From the human T2T-CHM13v2.0 reference genome, Homo sapiens: a stretch of 64,000 nt of DNA. Below, in pieces: positions 16,397 to 34,159 of this stretch (positions within the stretch are counted from its first letter, which is position 1; each line of letters starts with the position of its first letter). The notes under the pieces were generated by a model. The model saw only the letters and a program-made list of their open reading frames with translations, was not told where the DNA came from and made no database searches. Position numbers and translations under genes: made by a program. The stretch lies in NCBI RefSeq assembly GCF_009914755.1, contig NC_060948.1, one strand, 5' to 3'.

Positions 16397-17559
16397 GCTT
16401 GGCCACTTTAATTCCTCTACAATGGAATTCTGAGCAGCATGCTTAAGGGTCAATATCAGGAACTGCAGGTAGTCAGCCTGTGCTAGAAATATTCAGAGTG
16501 GGATTTTTCACATTATACAGTTTCATCTTCTGAGTGTACTTCCTGAGGCTATTGTTCTCTTCATATCTTGCAGATCTTTCTGTGCAAAAGGCCACATGCA
16601 CCAACAGTTTTTTTTTTTTTTTTTTTTTGCTAAGGGTCTTCTAATTAATTGGAGGACTTCAGTCGAAAAATTTCTAAGGACAAGATTTTTCCTCTTTTGG
16701 CTCAGGAAACTGCAGGCATCAGTTACACAACAATATTTAACAGTAGCACAGCTAATAAGTCATATCCATTGCCTTAAACAAAATGTACAGAATTCAGTAT
16801 TTTTAGTTACACACAAACACTATATAGGGTTTGCAATTAATCATTTTTATATTCTATATTCTCTCTGATACTGAACACAGAACTTCAAGAAGAGTTTCAC
16901 ACAATGATTTATTCAGTAAATATGCATAGAGTTGCATAAGTACTGAGATTAGAAAACATACCATGTATCTGCCCTCATCATGTTCTCATTCTATTAAATG
17001 CTGTAATAACACAACGTTGAGTCATAAAAGTTTCGAAAGAGAAGTACACACACAAAAAAAGCTAGGCAAATACATGGAACATTATGATCACTTAGAGCTG
17101 GTATCAGTTAAAGCCAGGTCTTCAAGACCCAGAAATGCCAGGATAGAAAGTATAGAACAAACTGTGTACACAAAGGCAAGTTTTTGTTGTTGTTGTTTTT
17201 GTTTCATAGGAAAATAAGATCAGAGTTTCACGAAGGTTGTAAGACTAATTGCAATATATAGGATGGGTTGAAGATCAGCAAGAGAAGACAGAAGGTGAGT
17301 TATGAGTTTTATTAAATGGTTAAACTAATAGATGATGGTGAACTGGGCAAGGAAAGTTGAAGCAAGGACTGGAAGAAAGAGACAGATGCAAGAATCATTG
17401 CAAAGATAAGGTACAAAAGTCTTGGCATGAGTTTTCAAGTTGAGGCTAGTAAAAAATATTGTGGGATTCTTGGCATTCATCTATCCATCAAATTATTCAA
17501 GGAATCTTTATTAAGATTCAATATTATTATTAATCTTTATTATTATTCAAGATTATTAA

Positions 17560-18280
17560 GATTTATGATTCATTGAATAATAAATATGCCATAAATATTT
17601 ATTACTATGCAACAAGCACTGTGCTGGGTTCTGGAGGTACAGCAATGAATATGGGGTTAATGGTCCCTGACTTCATAAAGCTTTATTTACAGGGAGAGAC
17701 AGATAATAAATAAAAGACACAAGCAGTTGTAAATGCTGTGAAGGAAATTTTGGGATTTTGAAAGAGTGTAACAGACAGTAGTGATGGTTGGTATAACAGA
17801 CAGAACTACTGTATATTGGGCACTAAGTGAAGCTTTCTCCAAAGAAGTCTTTTGTGAGATATCAGAAAGAGTAGCCATTGAAAAAGAGGGAAAAAAATCT
17901 GCCAAATCTCTAAAATAGGACAATTTTGGAATAGTTCTGTGTTTGAAGAACAGAGAGTTGCTAATGTGCAGAATAATGCTGAGAATTTGACTAAGAGGAA
18001 AATGGTAAAGTAACCAGCAGTTTTCATAGTACAGATGGGAATTCTGTCCTTGATAAAAGTAGTTCCAGTGGAATGAGACCAAAACCAAATTGAACTGAAC
18101 TGAAAAGCCAGTGGGAAGAAACGAGGGAAGTGGGTACAGCGTGCTCAGTGGAGAAAAGTAATGAAGGGGTAGGTGGCCGGGGGGTAAACAACGGGAAAAA
18201 TTCTAATTTATAAAAGCAATGTAAGAATTTAGATCGCAAATGTATATGTATACTGAGTTGGTAGAGAGGGAGGGATTAAC
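17560..18280 (-). mobile_element. L2 remnant
   Basis: aaatatttatt..caagcactgtgctgggttctggagg is the antisense L2 3' end signature. Confidence 0.65.
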
Positions 18281-20585
18281 ATACATGAGAAAATAAAATT
18301 GAGAGCAGTGGATTGCGGTTTCTAGCACCTACAGTGCACTCTCACTTTGCCTGTGAGTTGGATAAGTGGCTGAAAGCTGATTCTTTTTCAAAGTTGGTTT
18401 CTGTTTGGGAAAGAAGGGAGTAGGGAACAACATGACACTGTACACTGCATAGCAAAATAAGGATATTGAGTACATAGGGAAGAAAGAGCTCAGGTACAAG
18501 AAGATCTTGTTCCTCAAACCACATGCTGCCTACTTTCTAGTCTAGCTTCACATTAGCCCTACTCCAGTTTCCAAAAGAACAATGATCGTTTCATTTAATC
18601 TAAGAGCATTTACATATCCCATCATATACATCTGTCATCTAAAAGAAGAAGGAGTATTTTAGGACTACAGATAAAAATAATGTAATATTAAGATTAAAAT
18701 CAAATAACAAATCTAGCTTCATTGAAAGTCTGTCTATACTGATATCTTATTTTTTTTTTAATTCTGCCAAGTATTAGTGAAAATATTCTCCCAGTCTTGT
18801 GTCTGTCTGGAAATCAGTATTGGGAAATCACTAGACTGATTGCCTTATGAAATTGCTTCCAATTCAAATTCTATAATTCAGTTAATAATTAGAAAACATA
18901 TCATATTTGAAGTAAAATAATTTCCTTTTTTATCTTCCATTCAAAAATCTTACAAATAAGTCTTCCTTTCCCAAGTGACCCTTGCAGTACTGTCAGCTAT
19001 ATAGAGATCTAAAGCAGCACTTTGCCACCTTCATCAGTTTCAAAGGCCTATCCTCCCAACTTTTCAGAGAGCCCACAGCATTTACAATAAACATATCTCT
19101 CTGCACAACAGGCAATAGCTGCTTCAACTGTTCTCTGTCAGCCTGAATGTTGATTAAGACCTCAGTAATCACACTCCACTCTGCACAAATCTAAAATCAC
19201 AAATGCAGATTAATTTATGAGAACAGAAGGAAAGGATTGAAAGAAAAAAAAGGCTGTCTTGCTCAAACAAAGGAAGACACAAAAGAAATCCCACTGCCTA
19301 CCTCATTTGTATATTTTTGTTTTAAAAATGTTCAAGCATCCTAGTATTTTTTAGCACTCTTAAAGAGACAGTTAAATATTGCATCAAATAAGACATGTAA
19401 AAAGATGACATGTTGTTAACAGGTGGACTCTAAACATGAGAATTTTCACTGGCTCACTGAGACCTCTGATCTGCAGGCATATGATTGATGACGCCTTTCT
19501 AATTCCAATAGCATGGGCCTGCAGCGAAGTTTATTTTACTGCAAGGTCTACTTTATTGAATTCACTGCCTGTCCTAATTCTATATATTTCTGATTAGCTG
19601 ACCTTCAGAACTGATGTTAGTAGAGGAAAATTGTTTTCTGATGTGCTAACATTTTAAACCTAATCATTCTTTTAAATAAGCAATTTGAGTTTGCAGCATT
19701 CTGCTCCTGTTATGTTTTATTAGTGTTTGTGCTTTAATTTGGTATGTTTGTTTTGGAATCACTCCAGCAGTAGGTCCAATTATAAAAATAGAATCAATTA
19801 GATTCACTGTGGTGTCTGATATAAGCATTCCAAGCTTAGCTTTTAAAACAAAATGGTAGACTTGGCTGTTTCCAGAGTCCTGCAAATAAAATGTATTGAT
19901 TCTGCAGGGCTTTCTCGACTGTAGCTTTTTGAAATTTTGTTCCCACTCTTCACATGTCCAAATCCACAATCTCCTAAACAGCTTTTATTGAGAACCACAA
20001 CCTCATCTCCTCCTTTTTCGAAGCAATTAAGTCCATCTAGCTGGAGAGCCCAAGTACAGTTTATTTTCCTCTTTAAAATCTCTCTCCAGTGCTTTCTACA
20101 CTGCTGTCAAGTAATAAGGGCCTGAATAAATCTTCCTTAAATGACAGGTTGAATGAATTTGTCCTCTCTTTTCTTTTCTCTGACTTGCACCAAGAGAAAT
20201 TTCAGTTTTCCAAGACTAAACTTTGTCAGTGATGTAGAATTTATCTGATTCTTTCTACTCATGCCTTCTTCAAGACCTTGATTCATCATGTATTTCTTCT
20301 TAGTCTAACTGTCTTTGGTATTCATTTCTTCCTTGGCCACTGAGTGGCTTCCTAATAATGCAGACAAATGTCTCAGTTTTGTGGAAAAGGTCTGAAGGGA
20401 ATGGTGATTTGGACAAGGCATCTGCATTGGAATACTAGTTTGGTTGGCAATATCCTGTTGCTTTACATCTGCATGGCAGAAATAAAACCATACACTTGTG
20501 TGGTTTCCATATCTGAGTTTTATCTTAAAATAAAAAGGTAAAAATAAAAACAAACAAAAAAGACACACACCAAGGACAAGAGGTT

Positions 20586-21010
20586 TATTAAAGCTGACGC
20601 AAATTAAAATAGAGACAAGACTTGAAGAATCTCTTAGAAGAAAAACAACAGTTAGGCCTCAGAAGTGACCTCAACCTTGCTTGATTTGCAAACATAAGCA
20701 AAACTTAAGTTGAGCTATTTCTTGTAAATGTTTATATCATAAATAAACCGAATGTAAACTCAACCAATCAGAAGCAGTTAACAAACTTATATAATCAGGA
20801 CTTTCCAATGGGATAGATCAAATGAGGCAACTGTATAATTGTAAACAATTAAATGCCATCTGCTTTACTTTTGTGTGTGTTTTATAAAATTCTCCCCATT
20901 GTCTTCCCTTGATGGAACTCCTGAATGGCTTCTAGTTTGGAGCTGCTCAATTCAGGGAATATTTCTTGCTCAAACTCTTTAAAAATGTGCCTCAGTTTAC
21001 CTGCTAACAT
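20586..21010 (+). mobile_element. ERV1-class solo LTR (family uncertain)
   Basis: LTR-like, about 425 bp, with CCAAT (~20764), TATA (~20883) and a ...taaca end. Confidence 0.6.
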
Positions 21011-21331
21011 TGGAAATGTTAGTCATTGGCTTCACAATGTGAACAATTCTAAAGGCTAGATAGTAACTCTTCTTGTAAGTCAAGCAATTTTCATTGCTTT
21101 GTTTTCAACAAAATTGAATGACTTGCAGTTGTCATGTGTATAGTTTTCAGTATTTAATTCATGAAGAATTCAAAGAATTGAGTGAAATTCCTTTAAAAAT
21201 TCCTTCTTCCATTCCTAAATACATATTCATGGGAACAAAGTCTCTTTTTGACACTTCCATCCATAGAAAGAAAAAAATAAAAATTGAACCAATAATGAAT
21301 CCAGCCTCACTCTGGCATTTAGTAATAGTTA

Positions 21332-22558
<1,227 letters not shown>

Positions 22559-22606
22559 TTATTTTGCTCGTTAGTTGATGCAGTTTCTTCCTAGCCTTGA
22601 CGGTCT

Positions 22607-23611
22607 TTACAATTTGGCATGTTTTTGCAGTGGCTGGGAACAGTTGTTCCTTTCCATGTTTAGTGCTTCCTTCAGGAGCTCTTTTAGGGCAGGCCTGGTG
22701 GTGACAAAATCTCTCAGCATTTGCTTGTCTGTAAAGGATTGTATTTCTCCTTCACATATGAAGCTTAGTTTGGCTGGATATGAAATTCTGGGTTGAAAAT
22801 TATTTCTTTAAGAATGTTGAATATTGGCTCCCAGTCTCTTCTGGCTTGTAGAGTTTCTACCGAGAGATCAGCTGTTAGTCGGATGGGCTTCCCTTTGTGG
22901 GTAACCCGACCTTTCTCTCTGGTTGCACTTAACATTTTTTCCTTCATTTCAACTTTGGTGAATCTGACAATTATGTGTCTTGGAGTTGCTCTTCTCGAGG
23001 ACTATCTTTGTGGCATTCTCTGTATTTCTTGAATCTGAATGTTGGCCTGCCTTGCTAGATTGGGGAAGTTCTCCTGGATAATATCCTGCAGAGTGTTTTC
23101 CAACTTGGTTCCATTCTCCCTGTCACTTTAAGGTACACCAGTCAGACGCAGATTTGGTCTTTTCACATAGTCCCATATTTCTTGGAGGCTTTGTTCATTT
23201 CCTTTTCCTCTAAACTTGTCTTCTCACTTCATTTCATTCATTTGATCTTCCATCACTGATACCCTTTCTTCCAGTTGATCGAATCGGCTACTGAGGCTTG
23301 TGCATTCACCACGTAGTTCTCGTGCCTTGGTTTTCAGCTCTATCAGGTCCTTTAAGGACTTCTCGGCATTGGTTATTGTAGTTAGCCATTTGTCTAATTT
23401 TTTTCAAGATTTTTAACTTCTTTCCATGGATTCAAACTTCCTCCTTTAGCTCAGAGTAGTTTGATCGTTTGAAGGCTTCTTCTCACAACTCGTCAAAGTT
23501 ATTCTCCATCCAGCTTTGTTCCATTGCTCATGAGGAGCTGCGTTCCTTTGAAGGAGGAGACACATTCTGATTTTTAGAGTTTCCAATTTCTCTGCTCTGT
23601 TTCTTCCCCAT
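22607..23611 (-). pseudogene. Disrupted L1 ORF1 of the inverted L1
   Basis: ATGGGGAAGAAACAG start at 23611; fragment MKEKMLSATREKGRVTHKGKPIRLTADLS; frameshifts. Confidence 0.85.
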
Positions 23612-24196
23612 GTTTGTGGTTTTATCTACCTTTGGTCTCTGACAATGGTGACGTACAGATGGGGTTTTGGTGTGGATGTCATTTCTGTTTGTTAGTTTTC
23701 CTTCTAACAGTCAAGACCCTAAGCTGCAGTTCTGTTGGAGTTTGCTGGAGGTCCACTCTAGACCTGTTTGCCTGGGTATCAGCAGTGGAGGCTGCAGAAC
23801 AGCGGATATTGGTGAGCAGCAAATGTTGCTGCCTGATAGTTCCTCTGTAAGTTTTGTCTCAGAGGACTACCTCGTCATGTGAGGTATCAGTCTGCCCCTA
23901 CTTGGGGTGCCTCCGAGTTAGGCTACTCAGGGTTCAGGGACCCACTTGAGGAGGCAGTCTGTCTGTTCTCACAGCTCCAGCTGCGTGCTGGGAGAACCAC
24001 TATTCTCTTCAAGGCTGTCACACAGGGACATTTAAGTCTGCAGAGGATTCTGCTGCCTTTTGTTTGGCTATTCCCTGCCCCCAGAGGTGGAGTCTAAAGA
24101 GGCAGGAAGACCTCCTGGAGGTCTCCTAGTGCGAGGAGTGGGCTCCACCTAGTGCAAGGTTCCTGGCGGCTTTGTTTACCTACTCAAGCCTCAGCA

Positions 24197-25076
<880 letters not shown>

Positions 25077-25260
25077 TGAATCCAGCAGCACATCAAAAAG
25101 CTTATGTACCATGATCAAGTGGGCTTCATTCCTGGGATGCAAGGCTGGTTCAACATATGCAAATCTATAAACATAATCCAGCATATAAACAGAACCAACA
25201 ACAAAAACCATGTGATTATCCTCAATAGATGCAGAAAAGGCCTTTGACAAAATTCAATAA

Positions 25261-25593
<333 letters not shown>

Positions 25594-25818
25594 TAGGCAA
25601 CTTCAGCAAAGTCTCAGGATAAAAAATCAATATGCAAAAATCACAAGCATTCTTATACACCAATAACAGACAAACAGAGAGCCAAATCATGAGTGAACTC
25701 CCATTCACAATTGCTTCAAAGAGGATAAAATACCTAGGAATCCAATTTACAAGGGACACGAAGGACCTCTTCAAGGAGAACTACAAACCACTGCTTAGTG
25801 AAATAAAAGAGGATATAA

Positions 25819-26175
<357 letters not shown>

Positions 26176-27485
26176 TGATCTTTGACAAACCTGACAAAAA
26201 TAAGCAATGGGGAAAGGATTCCCTATTTAATAAATGGTGCTGTGAAAACTGGCTAGCCATATGTAGAAAGCTGAAACTGGATCCTTCCTTACACCTTATA
26301 CAAGAATTAATTCAAGATGGATTAAAGACTTACATGTTAGACCTAAAACCATAAAAGCCCTAGAAGAAAACCAGGCAATACCATTCAGGACATAGGCATG
26401 GGCAAGGACTTCATGCCTAAAACACCAAAAGCAATAGCAACAGAAGACAAAATTGACAAATGGGATCTAATTAAACTAAAGAGCTTCTGCACAGCAAAAT
26501 AAACTACCATCAGAGTGAACAGGCAACCTACAGAATGGGAGAAAATTTTTGCAATCTACTCATCTGACTAAGGACTAATATCCAGAATCTACAATGAATT
26601 CCAACAAATTTACAAGAAAAAACAAACAACCCCATCAAAAAGTGGGCAAAGGATATGAACAGACGCTTCTCAAAAGAAGACATTTATGGAGCCAAAAGAC
26701 AAATGAAAAAATGCTCATCATCACTGGCCATCAGAGAAATGCAAATCAAAACCACAATGAGATACCATCTCACACCAGTTAGAATGGTGATCATTAAAAA
26801 GTCAGGAAACAACACTTGCTGGAGAGGATGTGGAGAAATAGGAACACTTTTACACTGTTGGTGGGACTGTAAACTAGTTCAACCATGTGGAAGTCAGTGT
26901 GGCGATTCCTCAGGGATCTAGAAATAGAAATACCATTTGACCCAGCTATCCCATTACTGGGTATATACCCAAAGGATTATAAATCATGCTGCTATAAAGA
27001 CACATGTACATTTATGTTTATTGGGGCACTATTCACAATAGAATAGAATTGGAACCAACCCAAATGTCCAATAATGATAGACTGGATTAAGAAAATGTGG
27101 CACATATACACCATGGAATACTATGCAGCCATAAAAAAGGATGAGTTCATGCCCTTTGTAAGGACATGGATGAAATTGGAAACCATCATTCTCAGCAAAC
27201 TGTTGCAAGGACAAAAAACAAAACACCGCATGTTCTCACTCATAGGTGGGAATTGAACAATGAGAACACGTGGACACAGGAAGGGGAACATCACACACCA
27301 AGTCCTGTTGTGGGGCGGAGGGAGGGTGGAGGGATAGCATTAGGAGATATACCTAATGTTAAATGACGAGTTAATGGGTGCAGCACACCAACATGGTACA
27401 TGTATACATATGTAACTAACCTGCACATTGTGCAGATATACCCTAAAACTTAAAGTATATATATATAAAAAAAGAAACATATTTT

Positions 27486-27497
27486 CTTTTTTTTCTA

Positions 27498-27537
<40 letters not shown>

Positions 27538-27833
27538 TGGAGTTTTGCTCTAGTTGCCCAGGCTAGAGTGCAATGGCGCAGTCTTGGCTCACTTCCACCT
27601 GTCTCCTGGGTTCAAGCGATTCCCCTGCCTCAGCCACCTGAGTAGCTGGGATTACAAGCATGTGACACAATGCCCAGCTAATTTTGTATTTTAAGTAGAG
27701 ATGGGGTTTCTCCATGTTGGTCAGGCTGATCTGAAACTCCCAACCTCAGGTGATCCACATGGCTTGGCCTCCCAAAGTGCTGAGATTACAGACATGAGCC
27801 ACTGTGTACAGGCATGAGCCACCGTGCCCGGTC
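27486..27833 (-). mobile_element. Alu (S-like) with (TG)n tail, abutting the L1 poly-A
   Basis: Antisense Alu; (TG)n 27501-27534; TSD aagaaacatatttt/aagaaatgtatttt. Confidence 0.9.
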
Positions 27834-28179
27834 AAGAAATGTATTTTAAATAAATATTAACATTGTGTGTTTAGCATTTATTTTCCAAAAAAAACTTAAC
27901 ATACTCTTTTCAATCAATTCTATGCTCTATTAATTGAAACTGGCAAGTATGTTTATCAAAACAATAAGGGTAGTTTTTTTTGTATTGTTGCATTTCATGT
28001 GTTTTTTTTTTTTACGTCCTTCTTTGTACTTTTTGTATTTCTAAATCCTACAGTGGGCACATATCATTTTTCACTGAATAACGCAATAAGCTATTAATGT
28101 TATTAAAAAATACTTTCCCTTGAAAACACCTCCCTAAAGCTATTTATCTTTTCTCATGTTTGCTTATCTCCTTTTCATC

Positions 28180-28700
28180 ATTATTCACTCATCTCATTTT
28201 CCACAAGAATCCTGCCCCGACTACTCCACTGAAAATATACTCTTCAAGGTCAACCTGATCATTACAAAATCTTCTTTCTTTACTTCCTTTGACAACTCTC
28301 CACAAAATTCAGTATAGTCAAGTTGACTGAGCCTTGCAAAGTGTGTCCCTTGGCTGTTCACTCCCTTCTTTTCTTTCCCCTTCTGCTGGCATCTTCTCTC
28401 TCTCTTTGATTGGCTTTATTATGTCATCTGCTAATTGTGAAATGTAAACCCAAGCCTAAATATTTAGGATACCACTAGCTATGTGTATCCAGGTCAGTAT
28501 ATCATGGTTGAATAACTTTCCAGCCTGCATTCACTATTCAGAGTGTTCCCTGACCTTGAGTCATAGTTCCATAACTGCCATTTTCAGTGGGATATCTTAA
28601 CACCACCTTAAACCCAACATGTCTAAAACCACATCTGTTGCTCCAAGTCAGTTTTCCCTCTAGACCATACTTGTCCTGCCACAGAACGAGGTCACAACTT
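28180..28700 (+). mobile_element. L2 remnant
   Basis: ctccactgaaa..tcttcaaggtca..aaacccaacatgtctaaaacc L2 motifs. Confidence 0.55.
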
Positions 28701-29329
28701 CATTGCTTTTGCAATAGCCTTTCAGAAAAAAAACAAGAAAAAGCCACAAAGTGATCTTCAGCTACAGTAGAAAGATGAAAACAGAAAACACAGAAATCTG
28801 AATACAAGTATATTTATTTTTCAAGAAGATTTCATAGAAGGAATCAGACCAATATATTACTATGTTAGTTTAAGCATAGCCATAAAAGTAAATTTGGCTT
28901 TAAATTTGGAGTCAGTCAATCTCTGGAGAGAAATGTGTTCATTACCAATATTAGCAGCATTTTATCCTCCAAGTCATTTGGGTTAAAAATCATGGGGAGG
29001 TACAATTCTCTGTTTTTAACCCTTATATTCAGTCTTTTGCCTACTCTTGTCAAGTATTTTTGAATGTCTTTTGTTGTTTGTTACATTTGTATTCCCACAA
29101 AATACCTAATTCAGGTCATGTTCACCTAACATTAAGATGTTACAACACTCAAACTCTTAACTGATACACTTGACATCCATTGTCTTCCATATTCTGTTCC
29201 TGTTTGTATAAATTCAACCTGCTTTAAAAGTTATATTTGGTAGTTGATGACTATAAGAGAGAGACTGTAAACCTGAGTTTTCAAGGTGTATAAAATCTGA
29301 TCAGAAGCTGGTTTCCAATCTAATCCACA

Positions 29330-30720
29330 ACTATATTTTTTCACAAACTATGTCTAATCAGCTTTGATAAATGCTAAGTATGAAGGAAATAAAAATGGTG
29401 CATACATAGTTAAGGAAACAGCATATTGGAAGCAGAGGTTAGGTAGAATCTAGTGAATGTCGCAAATAAGTAGAGAGCCTAGGACAAATGTTTAGAGGTT
29501 GAATTAAGTAGGAGCCAGTAAAGGAGAGTGATAAAGAGAAGTCAGTGAGGTAGGAAGAAAACAAAGTTAAATGAGACATTACAAAAAACAAGGGAAGAAG
29601 ATGTTCAAACAAAGAGAAAATGACTAACACTTTAAGAGTGATAGATGACCATTAAATTGGAAATATGGAAGTCACTGATGACTTTGACAAAAGCGAGATC
29701 TATGGAGTGGACAGATAGAAATTTGGAGTGGTTTAAGGAGTGACCAGAATTTTGAGAAAAAGAAACAGTGAGTATTGACAACAACTCTTTTTTTTCTTTT
29801 TCTTTTTCTTTTCTTTGTTTTTTTTTTTTTTTTTTTTTTGAGATGGAATCTTACTCTGTCACCCAGGCTGGAGTGCAGTGGTATGATCTTGGCACACTGC
29901 AACCTCCGCCTCCCAGGTTAAACCAATTCTCCTGCATCAGTCTCCACGCCTGGCTAATTTTTGTTGTATTTTCGTAGTTTTAGAAGAGACAGGTTTCACC
30001 ATGTTGGCCAGGATGGTCTTGATCTCCCGGTCACCCACATTGGCCTCCCAGAGCTCTGGGATTGCAAGTGTGAGCCACTGCCACTGGTCAACAACTCTTA
30101 TAAGAGGTTTTGCAGTGAGGAGAGCAGATAAATTAGACTGCAGATGGAGATTTAGGGTGAGTAAGTATTTTCTTAAATTATTTTGAAGATGGTATTATTT
30201 TAACATATTTGAGTGTTAACAGACATGATCCAATACAGGAGAAACTGATGTTGCAAGAGAAAGGTGGTACAACTGAAAGAGCAAAATCCTTGGGAGGTGA
30301 AGGAGAATGGGACCCAGTGCAATTGTGGAGGGACTGCCCCATCATAGGAATGGGGACACTTTTTTGGTTTGAAGTAAAGAAAATGGATATATTAACATGA
30401 AGCTTGGAGATGTCACAGTCAAAGATCGAGCAGGTTTCTTTTCATAGCTTCCTCCCATTTTCTCAGTGAGGTGTACAGCTGGAAATAAGGAGAGTGAGAC
30501 AGGTGGGTATATAAAGTTTAAGGAAAGGGAAGATATGAAAATGAGTTACAGATATTGAAAAAGTGAACTTGCATAGAAAAACAGTGGAAACTCCAGAAAG
30601 TATTGGCACCTAATTTGAGTTTTGAGAGCATTAAAATTAAACTAGGGGGGCTGATGATTTGATTTTCTCCAGCTATGAAGAAAGGATAACTAATGTGCAG
30701 GGGAAAAATGGGACTCAACT
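29330..30720 (-). mobile_element. L2 remnant (interrupted by an Alu)
   Basis: Purine-rich antisense L2 (ggaagtcactgatgactttgacaaaagc). Confidence 0.6.
29789..30088 (-). mobile_element. Alu
   Basis: poly-T, Alu body, TSD caacaactctt on both sides. Confidence 0.9.
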
Positions 30721-31324
30721 TCATGATTTCTGACTCTAAGACCAATATTTTTTGTACTATACTATATTAACACTATTTTCTTTTAAATTCACTAGAAAAG
30801 TCATATCTCAGGTTATAATTGAGTAAAATATTTTCTTCAAATTAAAAAATATATATCCAAATGCAGGATGAGCAACAATACCTATGCAAATAAATTGAAG
30901 AAGCTTGCAACATGAAGCCATTTGTAGATTGTATGCTAATCAGCATACATTTCCCCCTGTAAATATCGCAAAATGTCCATATGCTCATGTTGCAAAAGCC
31001 CTCTTGGAGCCTTGTAAACAGGCCAGGGGACCATATTGTTAGGCAAGATCTAAACTCTTTCATTCTTGGCCACAAAGAAAGGGCAGCAGGCTGATAGCGC
31101 TAGAGGTAATTAGCACACCATTCATCTTGCCTTATGCTTAGAATGCCTAGAGGAAGCTTCCTATTATTGGCTGATGATAAAACAGAATCAGTCTCTTTTG
31201 CTCTCTGATTTAGTCATTTATCAATCAGCATTCTGCAGACCCATTGAGAAGCAAAGAATGTATACACATATACATGCTTATGTTTAAAATGTTTTATAGG
31301 GGGGAATACATGTTTTTTAGCAGT

Positions 31325-31326
<2 letters not shown>

Positions 31327-31362
<36 letters not shown>
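31327..31362. repeat. (TG)n microsatellite
   Basis: Directly visible. Confidence 0.95.
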
Positions 31363-31364
<2 letters not shown>

Positions 31365-31439
31365 TGGCAACAGAATATAATGAAAAGAAAAGTGGGAGGG
31401 GTTGAGGGAAGTGAAGTCTGGATACTGAGTACAGCTATT

Positions 31440-31650
31440 CCTGGGGAGACAGAATGGTGTAAAATTAAAAGGATGGGCTCTGGAGTCAAACTTCTTGTCC
31501 TGAATCCTGGTTCTGACACTTTTTAGCCACATTGCCCTGGCCAAGTTACATACCTTTTCTGGACCTCAGTCACCTTATTTGTAACATATAAATAATAGTC
31601 ATACTTAAAATAAAAAGTTGTTGAAAGAATTAAATGAGTTGATGTTTGAA
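31440..31650 (+). mobile_element. MIR
   Basis: ggctctggagtcaaac..gaatcctggttctgacactt..ggccaagttac..cctcagt MIR core. Confidence 0.7.
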
Positions 31651-31928
31651 ACGCCAATATTTACCAGCTGGTGATCCTGGCAACATCATTTAAATTCTTA
31701 AGGTTCAATTTCCTTATCAGTAAAACCTCCAAAGCCTCCTCTGCTTTTGCAATTTGTTTTCTTTTCACAAGATTTTACATTTTCCGGTTTTTTGGCAACA
31801 GATTCAGGTTAAATAATATTGTATTAGTTACAAAATTTCCTCACAATTCTGTTACCTATACCAAAGTCCTCATCAGTGGCCAGATAAATTTATGACCATT
31901 AATATTTGATTCAGGAATGTCATATGTT

Positions 31929-32249
<321 letters not shown>

Positions 32250-33223
32250 TTAACCTGAAAAGCCGATGAGTCTTCCTAAGAATATATCTACATTAATATC
32301 CAATTTGGTTTGCATTCCTTGAGGCTTTATCAATGGAATCCAAGAAGTGTACAACTAATGAAGCTCAGTCTATGTAGTGGACTGCATGGAAGATGCCTCA
32401 TCTACAAAGCTCAGAGGAATGATAGAATTGTCACTATCAACACACAGCAATTTGTCTACCTGTCATGTGTTTCCCTATACTTGCTTCATAATAGGGGTAG
32501 TCCTATGTCTTGTTCACTCTGCATTCTCTTGCCCAGAGCAGAGTCTGTGACACTAAATAGGTCTAAAAATTGTGTGAAAAGTGAATGAGGAAATGAATGG
32601 AGAAAAGTCTCACGTGACCATTTGTCTCGTCTTTCATTTACCTTGCAGCCAATTCTCATTATCCAAAACCTTTTAAGTAATGCTATAATAAACATTTATT
32701 CTGATAAGATAGAAGAAGAGTAATGCATACGTTTGAGTAATCAATTCCTGAGCAATATTCAGAAGGCTCACAAAAATATCTGATTATTTACAACACCTAA
32801 AGTACTGTCTTTGCCTATAGCATAAAATGTTGCTTCTTATAACAGTTTTGGTGCCCCCCCATCACTCACTTCATACACAATACATGGGGGCATGTGCACA
32901 AAGACACACACACACACATACACACAATTTCTTCAATAAAGACTCACTTCAGAAGTGATGAAAGACACATTGTTAAAATGGTAAGGAAGAAAGAAAAACA
33001 AAAAAATTCTGTTTGAGACTTAAGGCTCTGGGCTTCTGTGTGCCATATGGTAACTGAGCTTGGAACATAGCAAATACAGATTCCAAAAGATCACTTTATC
33101 CCTCTATTCTGTGATTTGTGCAGTCAAGCATGTTAGAAAGAATAAGTAACCAGAACAAGGAGCTGAGAGGCAAACAGATAGCAATTTACAATCAGTGAAG
33201 AGAATACTTTTCTCAGGCTCCAA

Positions 33224-33262
<39 letters not shown>

Positions 33263-33274
33263 CATTATTATTAT
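33224..33274. repeat. (ATT)n microsatellite
   Basis: Directly visible. Confidence 0.95.
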
Positions 33275-34159
33275 TTTAAACATATACTGCTGGGCAGAAC
33301 AAACAAAATGCACAGATCCCAATCACAACAGGTGAAATCATGATGAAATAAGACCTTGAATCTTGGATAGAAAGAAGGTGGTCAACATACTATAAACAAG
33401 GGTGGGAGGTAACTCTTCAAGAATCATTTGGATATGGAAAGTCTGGAAATTATTTTTTATATACTTTTGTGGCTTCACTTGGCTTAACCATAAGCTTACA
33501 AATACTCAGGAGTCATTAACTTTGCAAATTGTTTGGAGGATTCTGAGGAGTTAATCCCGGAAGATAGTATAGTGTATCAAAAATCATTTACTAGATTTTT
33601 TTATTACATAGAAGCAAAAATAAATAAAATAGAAAAGAGGTTCCATGCAGTATAGAGGGTGCTAGACTAGGAGTCAAAAAAACTGGAGTCCAATCTTGGT
33701 CTAAAGTAAACTAATTGTCCTTCTCTTTTCTTTCTGTTTCTCATGAATTAAAAAAAAGGGGCGACAAAAGGATATGTGCATTCAATCAATTCCCTCCAAC
33801 CTCTACCATCACTATTTTGAAAGTCTTTCCTATTTACAGGACATGTCTTAGTTTATAAAAAGCTCCATTATTGAATCCTTAAAACAGTACTGTTAAGAGT
33901 TATTATCCTCATTTACAAATAAGGAAGGAAAATCTCGGAGTGATTAACACATTTCCCCAAAATCCTCCTTCTAGAATGTTGTAAATCCAGTTCTCATATC
34001 AAATTCAATGCCCTTACAAGGATCCTATACTGACTCCTTAATACGATTTAGCCTAATATACATAGTATCTCTCAAAATTTAAACTATTATGTGACCCACA
34101 GAGAACAGGGCTTTAAAACAGTAATGGATTTCATCAAACTGGAAATAACTAATTTTAAT

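Noticed and set aside
15558-16433. Poly-Tyr and (TH)n/(VC)n low-complexity ORFs
   Set aside because: They are translations of Alu tails and microsatellites.
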